Shown here: piece by piece, positions 39,716-49,658 of the stretch
Numbering within the stretch: position 1 is the stretch's first letter
Layout: each line of letters starts with the position of its first letter
Assembly: GCA_964612145.1 (NCBI GenBank)
Contig: CAZTBP010000005.1
Coordinates: 71,749 to 135,748, forward strand
Source of the DNA: an uncultured Ignavibacteriales bacterium
Lineage (GTDB): Bacteria; Zixibacteria; MSB-5A5; GN15; FEB-12
Reading direction: 5' to 3'
Length of the DNA stretch: 64,000 nt
Notes under the pieces: model-generated
What the model was told of the DNA's origin: nothing
Databases searched by the model: none
What the model saw: the letters and a program-made list of their open reading frames with translations, nothing else
Translations under genes and position numbers: made by a program

Positions 39716-40121
39716 CCTGAATTTGCTCGGTAAGCGCCAGCCGGAAATTTACGGCTCAGCCACATTGGACGAGCTCAACCATCGACTCAACGAGTTTGCA
39801 ACGGAACTCAAACTCGATCTTGAGTTTTTCCAATCGAATTCAGAAGCCGAGATTATAGACTTTATCCATGCCAACGGCCCGGACGCCGACGGCATGGTAA
39901 TCAATCCGGGCGCCCTGACGCACTACAGCTATGCGATACGCGATGCGATCACATCGGTGGATATTGAGACGGTCGAGGTACACCTGTCCAATATCTATGC
40001 CCGCGAGGAATTCCGGCATAAGTCAGTAATCGCTCCGGTTGCACGCGGCCATGTCGTTGGCTTTGGGTACTACGGATACGCTATGGCACTGTCGTATTTT
40101 GCCGATACTGTTAATGAATAG
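39684..40121 (+). CDS. aroQ: 3-dehydroquinate dehydratase, type II
   Basis: [31 protein letters not shown] and [20 protein letters not shown] SD. 32-nt overlap with aroB. Confidence 0.93.
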   Translation: [145 protein letters not shown]

Positions 40122-40144
40122 AGATTTTGCATCAGGAAGATACT

Positions 40145-41740
40145 ATGAAACGGATTTCGATAGCGATTGCGATCGTCCTGGCATTGGGCCTGGGCGCGTG
40201 TGAGAAAGAAGAACGAATCTCCGAGGACCTGGTATTTCGCACGCTGGATTCCCTCGAATTCAAACTCAACTGGCTGGACTATCGGCTGGCGCAGGAGTCT
40301 TGGGAGCAATACACCTCCGGCCGCTCCGATTCGCTCCGGTTTTACCAGGGCCTGTTCGAGTACGTGGTTGGCGATCCGGAAATCCTCAGGATTCTCCTGC
40401 AGGGCAAACCGTATATCTCCAACGATATCGATGAGCGCCGACTGGAACTGATCGAAGCCAGTGTGATGCGAGGGCAGATCGAAGCCAGTGAAGACGTCAG
40501 TGAACTTCGCGATTCATTACGGGATATCCATCTGTCATTCGTTGCCACTTTCGACGGACGCGAAATACGGCAGGACGAACTTTATCGGATGTACCGCAGC
40601 GACGCCAATCGTCAGCGTCGTGAAGCGGCCTACCGCGCATATCATCAATTGGGGACCGAAGTTGCCGACGGGCTTTCCGAACTCATAGCACGCCGGAATG
40701 AAGAAGTTCGGGATCTCGGCCAGACTGATTTCTTCGCACTAATGCTTGCCCAGCAGGGCTACGATGTCAATGAGTTCCTGATCCTTTTGGACCGGCTTGA
40801 TTCGCTGAGCCAGGAGCCTTATCGAGATGTGCTTGAGCGCTGGCAGCAGCAGCTCGGCTATAATGAACTGGAGATTTGGGATTTGGGGTATGCGAATGCT
40901 GCCGCCAACCGAGCCGTGGATCAATATTTCCCGGCCGACGGTCAGATGTATTTGGCCGAAGTGCTCCTCAAAGGTATCGGCTACAATCTCAACAAACTTC
41001 CCATTTACTTTGATATCGAGCCTCGCGAAAATAAATCGCAGGTTGCCTACGCCTTCCCCATCAAACCTCCGTCAGACGTGCGTGTCCTGGCCAACCTTAC
41101 CAACGGTATTCACGGCATGCGAACTCTCATGCATGAGATCGGCCATGCCCTGCACTACACCCACATCCAGCAGGACCGTGAACTGTTCAACAACAATATA
41201 GCTGCCAGCTGGACCGAAGGTATGTCGCAGCTTGTGGCGTCACTGATTGATGAGCCGGACTTTCTACTCAAGTATGCCGGCATGCCGCAGTCCGTGGTCG
41301 AACGATACCAACTGGGCCGTCGGGACCAGGAGATAGTCGGCCTGCGCATGCGCCTGGTTGAATTGCAATGGGAATATGAAGCCTACTTGAATCCGGAGCA
41401 GGATATTAACCAGCTCTACTGGGATATCTTCGGGCGGATAATGATGTTGCCGAGGCACGACGACCTGTATCCCTGGGCGTCTATCGTACATTACACGACC
41501 CACCCGGTTTACCTGCACAATTATCTCTACGCGGATATTATCGCCGCCCAGACTATCAAGACGCTGGAGGATATGTACGGCCGGATAATCGATAATCGTC
41601 AGGTGAGCGCCTTTCTCAATCAGAACTACTTCCGGTTTGGCGCCCGGTATGAGTGGCGCGACCTGCTGGAACGGGGGACCGGAGAGCGGTTCAATCCGAA
41701 TTTCCTGATTTCGTATCTGGACATGGGCGCGACCGAATAA
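40145..41740 (+). CDS. Zinc metallopeptidase lipoprotein (HExxH; M3/oligoendopeptidase-like)
   Basis: Lipobox MKRISIAIAIVLALGLGAC. TLMHEIGHALH is the zincin motif. The mostly helical 530-aa body resembles the M3/M2 fold, but the family assignment is uncertain. Confidence 0.6.
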   Translation: MKRISIAIAIVLALGLGACEKEERISEDLVFRTLDSLEFKLNWLDYRLAQESWEQYTSGRSDSLRFYQGLFEYVVGDPEILRILLQGKPYISNDIDERRLELIEASVMRGQIEASEDVSELRDSLRDIHLSFVATFDGREIRQDELYRMYRSDANRQRREAAYRAYHQLGTEVADGLSELIARRNEEVRDLGQTDFFALMLAQQGYDVNEFLILLDRLDSLSQEPYRDVLERWQQQLGYNELEIWDLGYANAAANRAVDQYFPADGQMYLAEVLLKGIGYNLNKLPIYFDIEPRENKSQVAYAFPIKPPSDVRVLANLTNGIHGMRTLMHEIGHALHYTHIQQDRELFNNNIAASWTEGMSQLVASLIDEPDFLLKYAGMPQSVVERYQLGRRDQEIVGLRMRLVELQWEYEAYLNPEQDINQLYWDIFGRIMMLPRHDDLYPWASIVHYTTHPVYLHNYLYADIIAAQTIKTLEDMYGRIIDNRQVSAFLNQNYFRFGARYEWRDLLERGTGERFNPNFLISYLDMGATE

Positions 41741-41748
41741 TCGCGCCC
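41725..41748. terminator. Hairpin between convergent gene ends (possible bidirectional terminator)
   Basis: GGGCGCGA-CCGAATAA-TCGCGCCC, an 8-bp stem spanning the peptidase stop codon. The U tract is weak (TAAATTT). Confidence 0.3.
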
Positions 41749-42391
41749 TAAATTTCCAACCCAAGACTTATCGAGATATCCGCCCCGAACTGCCGGACAT
41801 TAAACGGTATTGGCGAGGTCACGAATGGGAAGTCATTGTCGTATCCACTTGTAAAAATCACTCGGTAATAGAATTCAATCTGGGTCGCGACTGTGGGCGC
41901 GTTATAGAACATTTGCCCGAGGCCCAGGCGCAGATAAGGATGCGTCCCACCATCGCCATTGCTGACTTCGAGCGCATCGATAGTGGCAAACCCGGCATGC
42001 AGGCGCAAAACGCTGAGCTCTGGCTCGAGGGCTTGAGCATCAGCATAGTGTTGGCACCATAAAACAGTGACTGCATAACCCCATTGTTGTCGGATACATT
42101 GGCCCACATGAATTCTCCGTGGATTCCGGTTCGAAAATACCGCGATAGCCGGTATTGGGTTGACACACCCACACCATAGAGCGCCCGCTTCGTAGTCTCT
42201 TCTATACGATCTGCAGCGCCGCCCACGATAAACCCGCCCGATAAATGCAACCCGAGGGTGACATCGCGTTCCTCAACCGCGACCTTTTTCACTTCCTGTT
42301 CACCCGAAGAATTTCTGGTTGGCTGTGCAAAACCAACCTGACGCCCGGTTAAAAAGACCAGCGCAATCAACAGCAATTTCACATATAGCAT
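41748..42391 (-). pseudogene. Small outer-membrane beta-barrel protein gene interrupted by a frameshift
   Basis: GGGAGG SD plus ATG 42391 gives signal peptide MLYVKLLLIALVFLTGRQVGFA and beta-strand-like repeats up to ...SLFYGANT (track ORF 41858..42433). The beta-barrel-like C-terminal half (ALEPELSVLRLHAGF...FGADISISLGLEI) continues in another frame (track ORF 41748..42107). The switch lies somewhere in 42040-42107, which contains a C4/G4 run. Confidence 0.5.
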
Positions 42392-42552
42392 GAACGCCTC
42401 CCGTGATTTTATTTGTATTCCGTATTCAGGCAAAAATAGGTAATGGTGGCGACAATCGCAAGTCCGAAGCTATTCTTGTTGTGCCCAGGACGGGGTAAGT
42501 GTACCTTGCAGCCCTAAATTGTTGAATCACCCGAACCCAGAATCCGGCACCT

Positions 42553-43902
42553 ATGGCGCGTACCGATAACATCACATCCGGCCCGATTGCCCGAACCGTC
42601 TTTTCCCTTGCGATGCCGGTGGTCCTGATGATGTTCATGGAATTCGCGTTGTCGTCGACCGACTATTTTTGGGTCGGAAAACTGGGCGCACTGGCCCAAG
42701 ATGCCGTGACGACGTCGATGGTAATGGTCTGGACGATGTTTGCGGTCATTTCTGTTATCGCAATCGGCGTGACAGCCCTCGTCTCCCGTCACATCGGAGG
42801 GGGACGGCCCCAAAAAGCAGCTTTCTACACGCGCCAGGGTCTGGTCATGGCGTTGTGTATCGGAACCGTAATCACGATCGGGGGATGGCTGCTGTCACCC
42901 GCCCTGTTGAAGTTTATGGGCACGGGGGAGGAGACCATTCCACTGGCCCTGCCGTATATGCGAATCAACTTCCTGTTTGCCGTGCCGTTCTTCTTCATGG
43001 AAACGCCTTATGCCGTCTTCCGGGCCGCAGGCGACACGCGAACACCAACGATCATTGGTATCTCGACGGTTGCATTAAATCTACTGCTTGATCCGCTCCT
43101 CATTTTCGGCTGGGGCCCGATCCCCGCCATGGGAGTTGCAGGGGCTGCGATCGCGACGGGGATTTCTGTCGTAAGCGCGGTAATCTGGGTGCTGACCAAG
43201 CTCTTCCGGGGCGATGCCGGTTTCTTGGTAACTCGCGCCGACGGATTTCGCCCAAACGTTCGCGAGATGCTCCGGATAGGCAAAATCGGCCTGCCGATTG
43301 CCAGCCAACAGTTCGTCTTTGTGGCCGTCTACTGGTTCCTCATAAAAATCGTGCACGAGTACGGCCCCACGGCCGCTGCCGCCATGGGTATCGGGAACCG
43401 GATGGAGTCGTTTTCCTACCTGGTATGCATGGGCTTTTCCGTGGCGGCCTCAACAATGGTTGGGCAAAACCTTGGTGCTGGAAAACCTGACCGAGCCGCG
43501 AAATGCGCCTGGGCCTCGGTTGGATCTGCTATCGGAGTGACTTTTGTGGTCTCGGTCCTCTTTCTCACCATACCGCGCCAGATATCTGGCGTCTTCACCG
43601 AAAATCCCGAAGCGCTCGGAATCGCCACCGACTACCTGATCATACTCGGGCTGTCACAGATGACGATGGCTATCGAAATCGTGCTCGAAGGAGCGTTTGG
43701 CGGAGCAGGGGATACGATCCCTCCTATGCTCGTATCCGTGCCCGGTTCCATCGCACGGATACCGTTGGCCTACCTGCTGGCCTTCACTTTTGACTGGGGT
43801 ATCAACGGCGTGTGGTGGACACTGACAATCACGACGACAATCAAAGCAGCGGTGCTGGCCTACTGGTTTAGCCGGGGTCGATGGAAATCGAAAGAAATCT
43901 GA
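42553..43902 (+). CDS. MATE family efflux transporter (second copy)
   Basis: GPIARTVFSLAMPVVLMMFMEFALSSTDYFWVGKLG N-terminus, 12 helices, and RAAGDTRTP / GAGDTIPP paired motifs. Confidence 0.85.
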   Translation: MARTDNITSGPIARTVFSLAMPVVLMMFMEFALSSTDYFWVGKLGALAQDAVTTSMVMVWTMFAVISVIAIGVTALVSRHIGGGRPQKAAFYTRQGLVMALCIGTVITIGGWLLSPALLKFMGTGEETIPLALPYMRINFLFAVPFFFMETPYAVFRAAGDTRTPTIIGISTVALNLLLDPLLIFGWGPIPAMGVAGAAIATGISVVSAVIWVLTKLFRGDAGFLVTRADGFRPNVREMLRIGKIGLPIASQQFVFVAVYWFLIKIVHEYGPTAAAAMGIGNRMESFSYLVCMGFSVAASTMVGQNLGAGKPDRAAKCAWASVGSAIGVTFVVSVLFLTIPRQISGVFTENPEALGIATDYLIILGLSQMTMAIEIVLEGAFGGAGDTIPPMLVSVPGSIARIPLAYLLAFTFDWGINGVWWTLTITTTIKAAVLAYWFSRGRWKSKEI

Positions 43903-43981
43903 TTCTAATTGACCCTCGCCGAATGCCTTCCTTTATTCCCTGCGTTGGCTGTACCTGATTCTGTAAATTTGGAGATCATTC

Positions 43982-44749
43982 ATGAGCCGAACTTTTGTCC
44001 GTGCGCAGCTGCCCAACGAAAAGGCGTTCTATGCCATACGCGAAGATGGCAGCCTGAAAGTACTTCAACAGGCTCCCTGGTTTGGAGTCGAGGAAACCGG
44101 CAAAACAATCGACACCGACATAGCCCGTCTCTTGGCTCCGGTTGAGCCGAGCAAGATTGTGTGTATCGGGCTGAACTACCACGAGCATGTCAAAGCCAGC
44201 TACTCTGCCGATGAAGCGCCGGAGCGACCGTTGATATTCCTCAAGCCGCCATCCTCCATAATCGGGCCGGGGGAGAAGATTGTCCATCCCACCGTGTCCG
44301 ACCGCGTCGACTACGAGGCCGAACTGGGCGTTGTCATCGGATCGAAAGCCAAGAACATTTCCGAGCAGCAGGCGCCCGATTACATTTTCGGGCTGACGTG
44401 CGTCAACGACGTCACCGCGCGCGACCTACAGAAACCGGACGGCCAGTGGTCTCGCGCCAAAGGATTTGACACGTTCTGCCCGGCCGGACCGTGGATAGTA
44501 CAGGGTGTTGATTATTCAGACCTGCTGGTGGAAGGTGTGCTCAACGATGAGATCAAGCAGTCCGGGCGTACGATTCAAATGATTTTCAATATCCCGTTCC
44601 TGATAAGTTACATTTCCTCGATCATGACACTCCTGCCGGGCGACATCATTTCAACCGGTACGCCGTCGGGCATCTCACCCATGAAATCCGGAGACAAGAT
44701 AGAGGTACGGGTACAGGATGTGGGTACGCTGACAAATTACGTGGCGTAA
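43982..44749 (+). CDS. Fumarylacetoacetate hydrolase (FAH) family protein
   Basis: KIVCIGLNY, DYEAELGVVIG, NDVTARDLQ, KGFDTFCP and PGDIISTGTPSG motifs. Confidence 0.85.
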   Translation: MSRTFVRAQLPNEKAFYAIREDGSLKVLQQAPWFGVEETGKTIDTDIARLLAPVEPSKIVCIGLNYHEHVKASYSADEAPERPLIFLKPPSSIIGPGEKIVHPTVSDRVDYEAELGVVIGSKAKNISEQQAPDYIFGLTCVNDVTARDLQKPDGQWSRAKGFDTFCPAGPWIVQGVDYSDLLVEGVLNDEIKQSGRTIQMIFNIPFLISYISSIMTLLPGDIISTGTPSGISPMKSGDKIEVRVQDVGTLTNYVA

Positions 44750-44795
44750 TATCTCACTTTCGGGGTAGAAGAGGTAAAGCAGCAAGCACAGGCCC

Positions 44796-45986
44796 ATGAC
44801 GGAACGATTGTACTATAACGATCCCGGACGCCTCGAATTCGAAGGCACCATCACCGAAATCGGTGAGGCCGACGGACGGTTCTTTACTGTTTTAGACAGG
44901 TCCGCATTCTATCCGACCTCCGGTGGCCAGCTGTTCGATACGGGGCTGCTCAATCAGACGAAAGTTGTCGATGTAGTTGAAACAGACGACGGTACGGTCC
45001 GGCATATTACGGAAGAACCAGTCGGTAAACCTGGCGAGACGGTCACCGGCGTGGTCGATGTCGACCGTCGACGCATGCACCGGCAACAGCACACCGCCCA
45101 GCATGTGATTAGTCAGGCGTTCATTGAACTGTATAGTTTCGAATCGGTCTCCGTTCATCTCGGTGAGGATTACGGAGCGATCGAGTTATCTGCCGTGTCG
45201 GTTTCACAGGAGCAGCTTGACCGAGCGGAGAAACGCGCCAACGAGATCATCTTCGCTGACCACCCGGTCGAGATACTTTTCGTTGACGCAACCGAGGCCG
45301 CGCAACTCCCCTTGCGCAAGATTCCCGAAAGAGAAGGCACTATCCGGGTTATTAAGATCGATGCTTTCGATTACTCCGCCTGCGGCGGCACACACTGTGA
45401 TTCGACCGCACAGGTCGGGCTCCTAAAGATTGTCGGGATGCAGAAAATCCGTGGGCACATGCTCGTGAATTTCCTCGCCGGTGATCAACTGCTGACCGAT
45501 TTCAGCAATCGTCTTGAGATCACCAACACTCTGGCCGACAGGCTGACGTGCCACATTAACGATCTGGTCGAAAAGATGCAGGCCCTCGATGATGAAAACA
45601 AATCGACTCGTCGGGAATTGGCTCGACTGCGGAAAGAACTATTGCCATCGCAGGCCGCCCGCCTTGCAACCAACTCCTGGCGGGCCGGCAGTCACACCCT
45701 GGTCGTGGCCCGCCTTGATGACATGGATGCAAAACTGGCCGGGCAGTTGGGCACCGCAATTGTGGAACAGACAGGAGGGGCCGCTGCGCTGCTTGTCGAA
45801 GGCCGGTTAATCCTCGCTGTTGCGCCGGACAAGGGGCTTCACGCCGGCAACATTATCAAAGTCTTTGCGGCCCAAACAGGCTTGCGGGGCGGCGGTGGAC
45901 CGTCACAGGCCCAGGTCGGTGGCGCCAACCCCGAACAGCTTGCGAATTACCGCGAGATTCTGGAAGGGCTGCTTCGTGAAATGTAG
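44796..45986 (+). CDS. alaX: Alanyl-tRNA editing protein AlaX-L type
   Basis: HTAQHVIS and CGGTHC zinc/editing motifs plus a C-terminal DHHA1-like GGGGPSQAQVGG. Confidence 0.8.
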   Translation: MTERLYYNDPGRLEFEGTITEIGEADGRFFTVLDRSAFYPTSGGQLFDTGLLNQTKVVDVVETDDGTVRHITEEPVGKPGETVTGVVDVDRRRMHRQQHTAQHVISQAFIELYSFESVSVHLGEDYGAIELSAVSVSQEQLDRAEKRANEIIFADHPVEILFVDATEAAQLPLRKIPEREGTIRVIKIDAFDYSACGGTHCDSTAQVGLLKIVGMQKIRGHMLVNFLAGDQLLTDFSNRLEITNTLADRLTCHINDLVEKMQALDDENKSTRRELARLRKELLPSQAARLATNSWRAGSHTLVVARLDDMDAKLAGQLGTAIVEQTGGAAALLVEGRLILAVAPDKGLHAGNIIKVFAAQTGLRGGGGPSQAQVGGANPEQLANYREILEGLLREM

Positions 45987-48900
45987 GTGGCCGACCATAG
46001 TCCTGGTCCTGCTGATGCTGGCATCATCAGCGCTCACGCAGCGCAGCCAGAAACTGATTCTAAACCACACCGATGAGCTTGAAGTCGTGTTCGAAGAAGG
46101 CCGCTACAAAACCTATGTCAACGGCAATGTCGAATTCCAGACCGAAACCGGACGGATCTTCTGTGACTCCGCCGTCTTTGTTCGCAATAACTTCGCCAAC
46201 CTTCGTGGAAATGTATTCATCGATGACCAGGAATACATGCTGCGAGCTGATTCCGTGTTTTACGATCTCCTCAAGGAACAGGCTGTCGCCCGCGGCCGAA
46301 ACGTCCAGCTCTGGTCGTACGATGACTCCCTTTACGGCGCTGGGACCCATGCCTTTTATGACCGCACCAACGAGAACTTCTACATGGAGAACCGCCCGAC
46401 CATTTACCTGGGCTACCCGGATTCAGTCAGCATGGTCGAAATCATTGCCGACTTTGTGGAGTACAGAAAAGAGACCGAGCAGGCCGAGGCAATCGGCGAT
46501 GTCATTATCACGTCCGAGGATTTGGCCGCCCGGTCACGATGTGCGGTGATGAATCTCAAGACAAACGTCCTTGATCTCTATGATGCTCCCTCCGCCCAGC
46601 GCGCCCGCTCCACAATCGAGGGAGGCTTTATATCGCTGGTGTTTGGAGAGGAGCAACTGGAGCGTATTCTGGTCATAGACTCCGCTTACGGAGAATTCAT
46701 CGAGCCGGTCGACACCACCGCAACCGAATTCGACCGCTCAATCCTCGCCGGTGAACGTCTCACCATGTATTTCACCGAGGGTGAGCTGTCGCAGGTAAAA
46801 GCGGTGAGCCAGGCCTATTCGTGGTACTACCCCTCGCAGCGGGGAACGACCGAATTTCACGAAAACGAAGTCTCCGGTGATACGATCCGGTTTGCAGTCA
46901 AAGAGCAGAGCCTCCAGCGAGTCACTGTCATAGGGGGTGCCCGGGGGACGTATGTAACAGGCAAAGTACCATACGGCTGGTCGCCCGAGGATTCGGTCGA
47001 GGTCCCGACAGCGGACACTTTGATCCCTTTGGTCGAAACGCCAGCCGACACCGCAGCAGTCGAAGCTGACACGACCATGGGCGAAAACGCCCCGCGGCCG
47101 CGGCTGGACACCATTAACTATCGCGCTCACTATATTGAATACAGCCTTGTCGATTCGATCATCAGCCTGCGGGCCCGGGCCGAGGTCGGTTCCGGCACAA
47201 TGGGATTGCGGGCCCACGATGTGGAGTTTGACACGCAGCGACGCACGGTAGAGGCTTTTTCCGCCGAAATCAACCCGGACTCGCTCGATGTCGACTACTA
47301 CAATCTGGCTGACCGATTGCAGCCCGCTACAATACCTGTCACACTCAAAGACGGCTCCGACGAATTGTACGGCGATTATCTCGAGTATTCGATTGACACC
47401 GAAAAAGGGCGCATTATAACCTCGAAATCCGAATTTGAGCAGGGCTACTATTACGGCAACAAGCTGTTCCGGGAGAAGAAAGACGTTTACTATGTCGAGG
47501 ACGGCTACTACACGACCTGCGACGCCGAGGAGCCCCATTTCCATTTCCACTCCAAGCGAATGAAGCTGATTGAAAACAACAAGCTAATCGCACGCCCGGT
47601 CGTGTTTTCCATCGGCCGGATCCCGCTACTGGCCCTGCCGTACTATGTCTTCCCGCTGAAGAAAGGCCGTCACTCCGGTATTCTGGAGTTCCGATTCGGA
47701 CGTTTCGAGCGAGGGGAGAGATACCTTGAGAATCTCGGCTACTACTGGGCGGCCTCGGAGTACTGGGACTGGCGCGGATGGGTTGATTATCACGAACAGC
47801 GACGGACTCTCACTTTTGGTTCACGAGTGAATTTCGTTAAGCGCTACATACTGAATGGCTACCTTGATCTCGAGTATCGTCGTCAGACCAACTACAACCG
47901 CTTCGTCGGCCGCGAGAGTACTCCCAACAGCTACAAAATCAACGCGCAGTATGACCACAAATTTACGCCATCCTTCGAGGTCCGGTCGTTTGCGAGTTAT
48001 CAGTCAACGGCCAATTATGAAACGGATTTTTCAAACAACCTGAGCGAGCGACTTAACCGCGAACTGTTATCCCGCGCCAGTTTCTCAAAACGGTTCGGTG
48101 AGCAAATCTCGTTATCCGGTAGTGTCGAGCATCGCGAGAATCTGGACCTCGAAACCAGAACCAACCAACTCCCGACCGCGTCGCTCTCGCTGCCCTCTAT
48201 TTATCCGTTCGGCAGCAGTTCTACCAACGAGGATGGTGACAAAGTCTCGCGATGGTACAACCAGTTTATCCTGCGATATAATCCAAGCCTGCAGAACTTC
48301 TCGTCGCGGGCCACTAAGACTGATACGGTCCTGACCGTTCTTGCCGACACGACCATTATAGTCGATACCCTTGCCAACGATGCGGACACGACAATTCAAA
48401 TTATCGAGGCCGACACCCTCAGATCCCGTACTCGCAGACATTGGGCCAAGATCGAGCACAACCCCAGTATCAGCCTGCCGTCGATTCGCTTACAGCCGTA
48501 CATCACTATTTCGCCGAGAATCTCTTATCGCGAGACCTGGTTCAAGATCTGGGAAACTGATCAATCGCGGGCGGCCGGGATCGATGCTTCTGAGACTTAT
48601 CGCACTTATTCATACAACGCCGGCGCCGAGGCCAGCACCAAACTGTATGGCACGATCTATCCTAATTTTGCAGGTGTCATTGGCGTCCGACACGTTTTCG
48701 AGCCGCGAGTAGGCTACTCCTGGTCGCCTGAAATTCAGCGGCACCCCTCGATCAGAGCGTTCGCCGGTGGGGGAGCGGCCAGTTCAAAGAGTCAGAGACT
48801 GACTTTTCGGTTCAATCAACTGTTTCAGGCTAAGGTAGGCAACGAGGAAGCGGCCCGTAATCTCGATCTGTTATCGATTAACTCCAACTTCTCTTACGAT

Positions 48901-49530
48901 TTAGAGCAGGACGAGAGGCCTCTGTCGGACATGAGAACGAATTTTTCGACCTCGACGATACCCCGGATCAACCTCAATGGCTCCATGACCCACACATTTT
49001 ATAGCCCGATTGATGGCCATGAGGATTTCATTTCTCCGTGGCTGACTGATATCAATTTCGACGTGACTTTTTCAATCGCCGGCTCGAAATTTCTCTTCTC
49101 CGACGCTACCCGGGAGATTCCGCGCGGCGTGGACTCCGCCAACCAGCTTGATGAACGCCAACCGACCAGGACCGGTCGGTCCGGCAATACCGGCTGGAAT
49201 CTCTCGGTCAAATACTCGTTCAGCGAGAGTAACCGACACACCAACTACCAAAAAAGCTCGTTTGTCTCCACAACCCTTAGTTTTAGTCTAACCCCCTCGA
49301 CGTCTGTTACTTACAGCCAGCATTACGACATCGGGCGGAACCTCACCACCTATTCCAGCGTGAGCATCCGTCGCAACCTGCACTGCTGGGAGGGGTCGAT
49401 TTTCTGGGTCCCGAACGGAGCGAATCGAGGCTTTGGATTCCGTCTCAATGTAATTGACATTCCGTCGATCAAACTTGACTCCAACCACGACTCATTTCTG
49501 TCATCCGATCTGGTCCGACAGCAGTATTAA
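45976..49530 (+). CDS. lptD: LPS-assembly protein LptD/OstA-like outer-membrane protein (unusually long)
   Basis: GTG 45976 gives signal peptide (M)KCRWPTIVLVLLMLASSALTQ. N-terminal OstA-like beta-jellyroll repeats (YVNGNVEFQTETGRIFCDSAVF...LRADSVFYD), then a long beta-barrel-like region rich in alternating aromatic residues. The track ORF start 45820 would overlap alaX by 167 nt. Confidence 0.7.
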   Translation: MKCRWPTIVLVLLMLASSALTQRSQKLILNHTDELEVVFEEGRYKTYVNGNVEFQTETGRIFCDSAVFVRNNFANLRGNVFIDDQEYMLRADSVFYDLLKEQAVARGRNVQLWSYDDSLYGAGTHAFYDRTNENFYMENRPTIYLGYPDSVSMVEIIADFVEYRKETEQAEAIGDVIITSEDLAARSRCAVMNLKTNVLDLYDAPSAQRARSTIEGGFISLVFGEEQLERILVIDSAYGEFIEPVDTTATEFDRSILAGERLTMYFTEGELSQVKAVSQAYSWYYPSQRGTTEFHENEVSGDTIRFAVKEQSLQRVTVIGGARGTYVTGKVPYGWSPEDSVEVPTADTLIPLVETPADTAAVEADTTMGENAPRPRLDTINYRAHYIEYSLVDSIISLRARAEVGSGTMGLRAHDVEFDTQRRTVEAFSAEINPDSLDVDYYNLADRLQPATIPVTLKDGSDELYGDYLEYSIDTEKGRIITSKSEFEQGYYYGNKLFREKKDVYYVEDGYYTTCDAEEPHFHFHSKRMKLIENNKLIARPVVFSIGRIPLLALPYYVFPLKKGRHSGILEFRFGRFERGERYLENLGYYWAASEYWDWRGWVDYHEQRRTLTFGSRVNFVKRYILNGYLDLEYRRQTNYNRFVGRESTPNSYKINAQYDHKFTPSFEVRSFASYQSTANYETDFSNNLSERLNRELLSRASFSKRFGEQISLSGSVEHRENLDLETRTNQLPTASLSLPSIYPFGSSSTNEDGDKVSRWYNQFILRYNPSLQNFSSRATKTDTVLTVLADTTIIVDTLANDADTTIQIIEADTLRSRTRRHWAKIEHNPSISLPSIRLQPYITISPRISYRETWFKIWETDQSRAAGIDASETYRTYSYNAGAEASTKLYGTIYPNFAGVIGVRHVFEPRVGYSWSPEIQRHPSIRAFAGGGAASSKSQRLTFRFNQLFQAKVGNEEAARNLDLLSINSNFSYDLEQDERPLSDMRTNFSTSTIPRINLNGSMTHTFYSPIDGHEDFISPWLTDINFDVTFSIAGSKFLFSDATREIPRGVDSANQLDERQPTRTGRSGNTGWNLSVKYSFSESNRHTNYQKSSFVSTTLSFSLTPSTSVTYSQHYDIGRNLTTYSSVSIRRNLHCWEGSIFWVPNGANRGFGFRLNVIDIPSIKLDSNHDSFLSSDLVRQQY

Positions 49531-49658
49531 TCCCGGAAAAACCTTGAGTTTACGGGATTTTCACCGTAGTTTTTGTTGACAGCATTACTCAAGATTTTTT
49601 GATTTTCGCGTATACTGAGACCACCCAAACCTTTTGAAAACCCAAGGAGGGTTTCGCA

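Noticed and set aside
45820-45975. Upstream extension of the lptD ORF (track start 45820)
   Set aside because: It would overlap alaX by 167 nt and give an Arg-rich N-terminus with no signal peptide. GTG 45976 gives a proper signal peptide.
49576-49616. TTGACA and TATACT hexamers upstream of hup
   Set aside because: The spacer is 29 nt, far from the 16-18 nt needed. No better-spaced -35 exists for TATACT, so the pair is not called as a promoter.
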